This document shows positions 61,394-64,000 of a stretch of DNA of 64,000 nt, piece by piece (within the stretch, counting starts at the first letter, position 1; the number at the start of each line of letters is the position of its first letter). Below the pieces are notes generated by a model. It was not told where the DNA came from and ran no database searches. It worked only from the letters and a program-made list of their open reading frames with translations. Source of the DNA: Candidatus Marinacidobacterales bacterium (GTDB taxonomy: Bacteria; Acidobacteriota; Vicinamibacteria; Marinacidobacterales; DATDRI01); NCBI GenBank assembly GCA_965219415.1, contig OZ244742.1:2004712-2068711 (forward strand), given 5' to 3'. The position numbers and the translations under genes were made by a program.

Positions 61394-62853
61394 GGGGATG
61401 TCCCGGCCGCTGTTGAATTTGGTCGGGTAGCGGCGGCACCTGTGAATACTCTTAGGCAGCAAACTCATCGCTGTCAAGAGATTTCTGTTTGCTTCTAAGC
61501 GCGTGAACGAGAGCGCCCATATGGCGATAGCCTTTGATACGCCGGAACTTTTTCTGCGCGGTGACGACGCCAAGAGCGGTCCATCGGCGAACCATGGAAG
61601 GACTCTTCCAACGCTTGACGTTTCTCGATACTCTGCGAATGGTTCCGTTGAGATTCTCAATGGCGTTCGTCGTGGCAAGAGACTGGCGAAGTAAGGCGGG
61701 CAGCGCGAGCTTCACGACCGTGAGTGTCTCTTCCATCCCTTCACGAAGGCTTCCGGCAGCTTCGTCGTAGCCGTTTCGCTCGAGCCACGACACCAATGCC
61801 TGAAGTCGCTTGCGCGCCTTGTCGGCACTCTTGCACTTGTAGGCTTCCTTCATCGTCTGGAGCACGTAGGCGTGACGAGACTTGGGAAGGTACGAGCGAA
61901 GATTCCGGAGTTTATGGATCTGGCACCTTTGGATGACCGCGAGGTCCCCCAAAACGTCGACGAGTGCCTTGCGGATGCCTTTGCCTCCGTCCACTACGCA
62001 GAGAATCGACTCATCGACGCGCAAGCCCCGCTCGAGAAGGTCCTGCAACATCGCGGTGCACACCCGAGAGTTCTCCGTCGAGCCCAGCCATATACCCAGG
62101 GGCACCTTCGTTCCATCTATTGTGATACCTAGAGTTACGACGACGGTCTGTCCGGCCACCTCAAGGCCATCCAGCATCAGTGCCGCAAGCTCGAACTCCT
62201 CTAGCCGCCGAGACAGGTATTCCTCGAGCTTCTTAGTCGTCTGGCTCACGAGGTGACGGCTGGCGGCACTCTTACTCGTGCCACGAGACTTCAACTTGGC
62301 CGCGGGTTTGTTCAGACTCGATTCGTAATTTCGGGTCGATACCCCCACCAAGATCTGATTCAACACTCGCTCTGGAAGCGGGTCTTCTTCGCGGAAGGCT
62401 TCGAAGTGTGGAAGCGACGCCTCCTCGCCCGACTTCGAGCGAACTCGAGGTCGCGACACTTGGATGCGACGACCACCGAAGCTCAGCTCTCCGTTCGTGC
62501 TCCCCCAGTGGTTATGAGTTCGCTCCTTCTCGTGCTTGCCCTTGAGCCCCGCGATCTCCTCGGCGTCCTCTCTGAGCAGTAGGTGCAGAGCTGTCAGTCC
62601 TTGCTCGTACACCCATTCCGTCAGTTCCGCCTTCGTGGCCGCGATCCCAGCTATCATCGGTAGCAGTATCTGACCGACTTGGCCAACTACCTTGCCCGTA
62701 GGCGAGTGCGTTTGCTTTCTTACTGGCTTCTTTGATTTCCTAGGCATTGGTGGCTCCTTGTCCCCCTCTGGAGACGGTTGTTTGGCAGACCTATTCTTAG
62801 GCCGGCCAAGGAGCCGCCGCTACCCCAAATTCAACATCCGGCGGGACATCCCC
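61394..62853 (-). mobile_element. IS256-family insertion sequence, copy 2 (1460 bp)
   Basis: same IRs as copy 1; 8-bp TSD TGATGTTG at 61386-61393 and 62854-62861. Confidence 0.95.
61452..62747 (-). CDS. IS256 family transposase
   Basis: identical to 21931..23226 except two residues (RNVK vs RNLK, GALV vs GAFV). Confidence 0.97.
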   Translation of the reverse strand: MPRKSKKPVRKQTHSPTGKVVGQVGQILLPMIAGIAATKAELTEWVYEQGLTALHLLLREDAEEIAGLKGKHEKERTHNHWGSTNGELSFGGRRIQVSRPRVRSKSGEEASLPHFEAFREEDPLPERVLNQILVGVSTRNYESSLNKPAAKLKSRGTSKSAASRHLVSQTTKKLEEYLSRRLEEFELAALMLDGLEVAGQTVVVTLGITIDGTKVPLGIWLGSTENSRVCTAMLQDLLERGLRVDESILCVVDGGKGIRKALVDVLGDLAVIQRCQIHKLRNLRSYLPKSRHAYVLQTMKEAYKCKSADKARKRLQALVSWLERNGYDEAAGSLREGMEETLTVVKLALPALLRQSLATTNAIENLNGTIRRVSRNVKRWKSPSMVRRWTALGVVTAQKKFRRIKGYRHMGALVHALRSKQKSLDSDEFAA

Positions 62854-62987
62854 TGATGTTGCCGGCGTGTTGTTTGTCTGAGCCTCTGGTGTCAACCGTT
62901 ATTTCATCACCGTTTATTGTTACCTTTACCCTTACAAGCACGGGATCATCGGTAACCCCATCGTTGTCTATATAGCCTTCTTCTTCA

Positions 62988-64000
62988 GGGTCTACGCGGA
63001 TTCGTGTGGGTTGAAAACTGCATTTCTGGGTAATGGCGGAAGGAAAGCCGCCACGATCTTCAGCTTGAGATATTCCTCGTCGCGATAGCCGTAGGCGCGT
63101 CGTTGCAGAACACGGATTTTGTTGTTGACCCCTTCAACTAGGCCGAGACTGACTTTGTTCTCCGGATGACAGTAGGAGGCGATACCATCCCAATGGGATT
63201 CAATCATACCGGCGAACTTCTGGTACGGATGCAGGCGTTGCCATTTGAGGCTGTCTTTCCAACGGGTGAAAAAGGCGCGAGCGCCGCGTTCGGTGCGGTA
63301 ATCCCAGAGTTGCCCGAAGGCCTCCTTCAAAATATAGGCGGTGTTCAGGCGCCGGTTGGCCTGGAGCAACTTTTTGAGTGCGCGGCGACCGTCTAGGCTC
63401 AGGTTCTCCCGCCACCCAGATGGGACGCGCCCGCTCCAGGTCGCTGACAATGACGCGATAGTTATGTCCCTTGCGGATGGAGATCTCATCGACACCGATG
63501 GCCCGAGGCGCCGGTAGCCCCGCCCGGTCGACCTGCTCTTGCATGTAGAGCGTATCCAGAGCCTTCACCGTACCGTGGTGCAGACGTTCCATCTCGGCCA
63601 CCGCCTTGTTCGGCATATCCCGGCACAGCTTGCCCACATGCGTCGCAAAACGCTGGGTGTAGCGCGAGTTGTTCGCCAGCCAGTCTAGGTGTTCTACATG
63701 CACACCGCCGCACCCAGAACAGTTGACGCGCCGACGCTCGTATTCCAGATAGATCCGCCAGCCTGCCAACGACAGGTCGCGGACCCGGCACACTTGCTTG
63801 TCATAGCGCCCCCGGCACCGTTGCCCACAGTAAGAGCACACAGCTGTTTTTTTCGCCTCTTGAGCTGGATGACGCGGGCGTATCGGTCACCGAATAGACC
63901 CTTCAATCCGGCACCAACCACGAAACCTGGCAGCGCAAACAGCGAGCGGATCGACTGGGAATTTTTCACTCGGTTAGCCTATCCTAAAAATGGACCACTT
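62988..64000 (-). mobile_element. ISL3-family element with internally deleted transposase (other end outside the window)
   Basis: CSYCG..VRDL..RRVNCSGCG Zn finger, IGVDEISIRKGHNY, EGVNNKIRVLQRRAYGYRD; end GGGTCTACGCGGATTC at 62988; A7 at 63847-63853. Confidence 0.9.

Larger units (their letters stand above)
60612..62987 (-). pseudogene. hydantoinase B / 5-oxoprolinase relic interrupted by IS256 and cut by ISL3
   Basis: YIDNDGVTD..VTINGDEITVD.RGSD..GNIN across the IS; KALAPAIPDRVVAG, GGWGA..DG, NSPVETQE, PFERDPQLVRKDVLDGYVSREAA; several frameshifts and an internal deletion. Confidence 0.85.

Noticed and set aside
21873-62853. Composite transposon bounded by the two IS256 copies
   Set aside because: Each copy has its own different TSD, so they are independent insertions; the interval contains core genes
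1-64000. CRISPR array, tRNA or rRNA genes
   Set aside because: No regularly spaced repeats of three or more units, cloverleaf or rRNA-like sequence seen; no cas genes

Overview
GC-rich bacterial chromosome segment; gene content and order (Oar-like TonB-dependent receptor, phoH-7TM/HD-ybeY-CBS-era ... mgtE-recO-glyQ-glyS-ppdK-mutL, aspS) suggest an Acidobacteriota/Vicinamibacteria-like host (inference). Core genes are intact, whereas many accessory genes carry frameshifts, Trp-to-stop changes or deletions. Mobile DNA: two almost identical 1460-bp IS256 copies, each with its own 8-bp target duplication; a deleted ISL3; a DUF222-like HNH gene whose upstream edge coincides with a truncated zwf; and a 2522-bp IS1595-family transporter IS. 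This IS carries four small cargo ORFs, including a head-to-head toxin-like/immunity-like pair sharing one CATG, which is the best candidate for an undescribed system. An ~8-kb accessory block lies between era and mgtE (orphan higA with operator and higB stub, IS-split beta-barrel gene, two GntH-like MBL hydrolases, HNH relic). Other observations: four near-consensus sigma54 promoters, structured leaders, a TonB with N-terminal repeats, a cyclase-FHA with non-canonical residues, and an acetylene-hydratase-clade molybdoenzyme next to a sulfatase. No rRNA, tRNA or CRISPR array seen. All calls are by-eye motif recognition; no searches were run.
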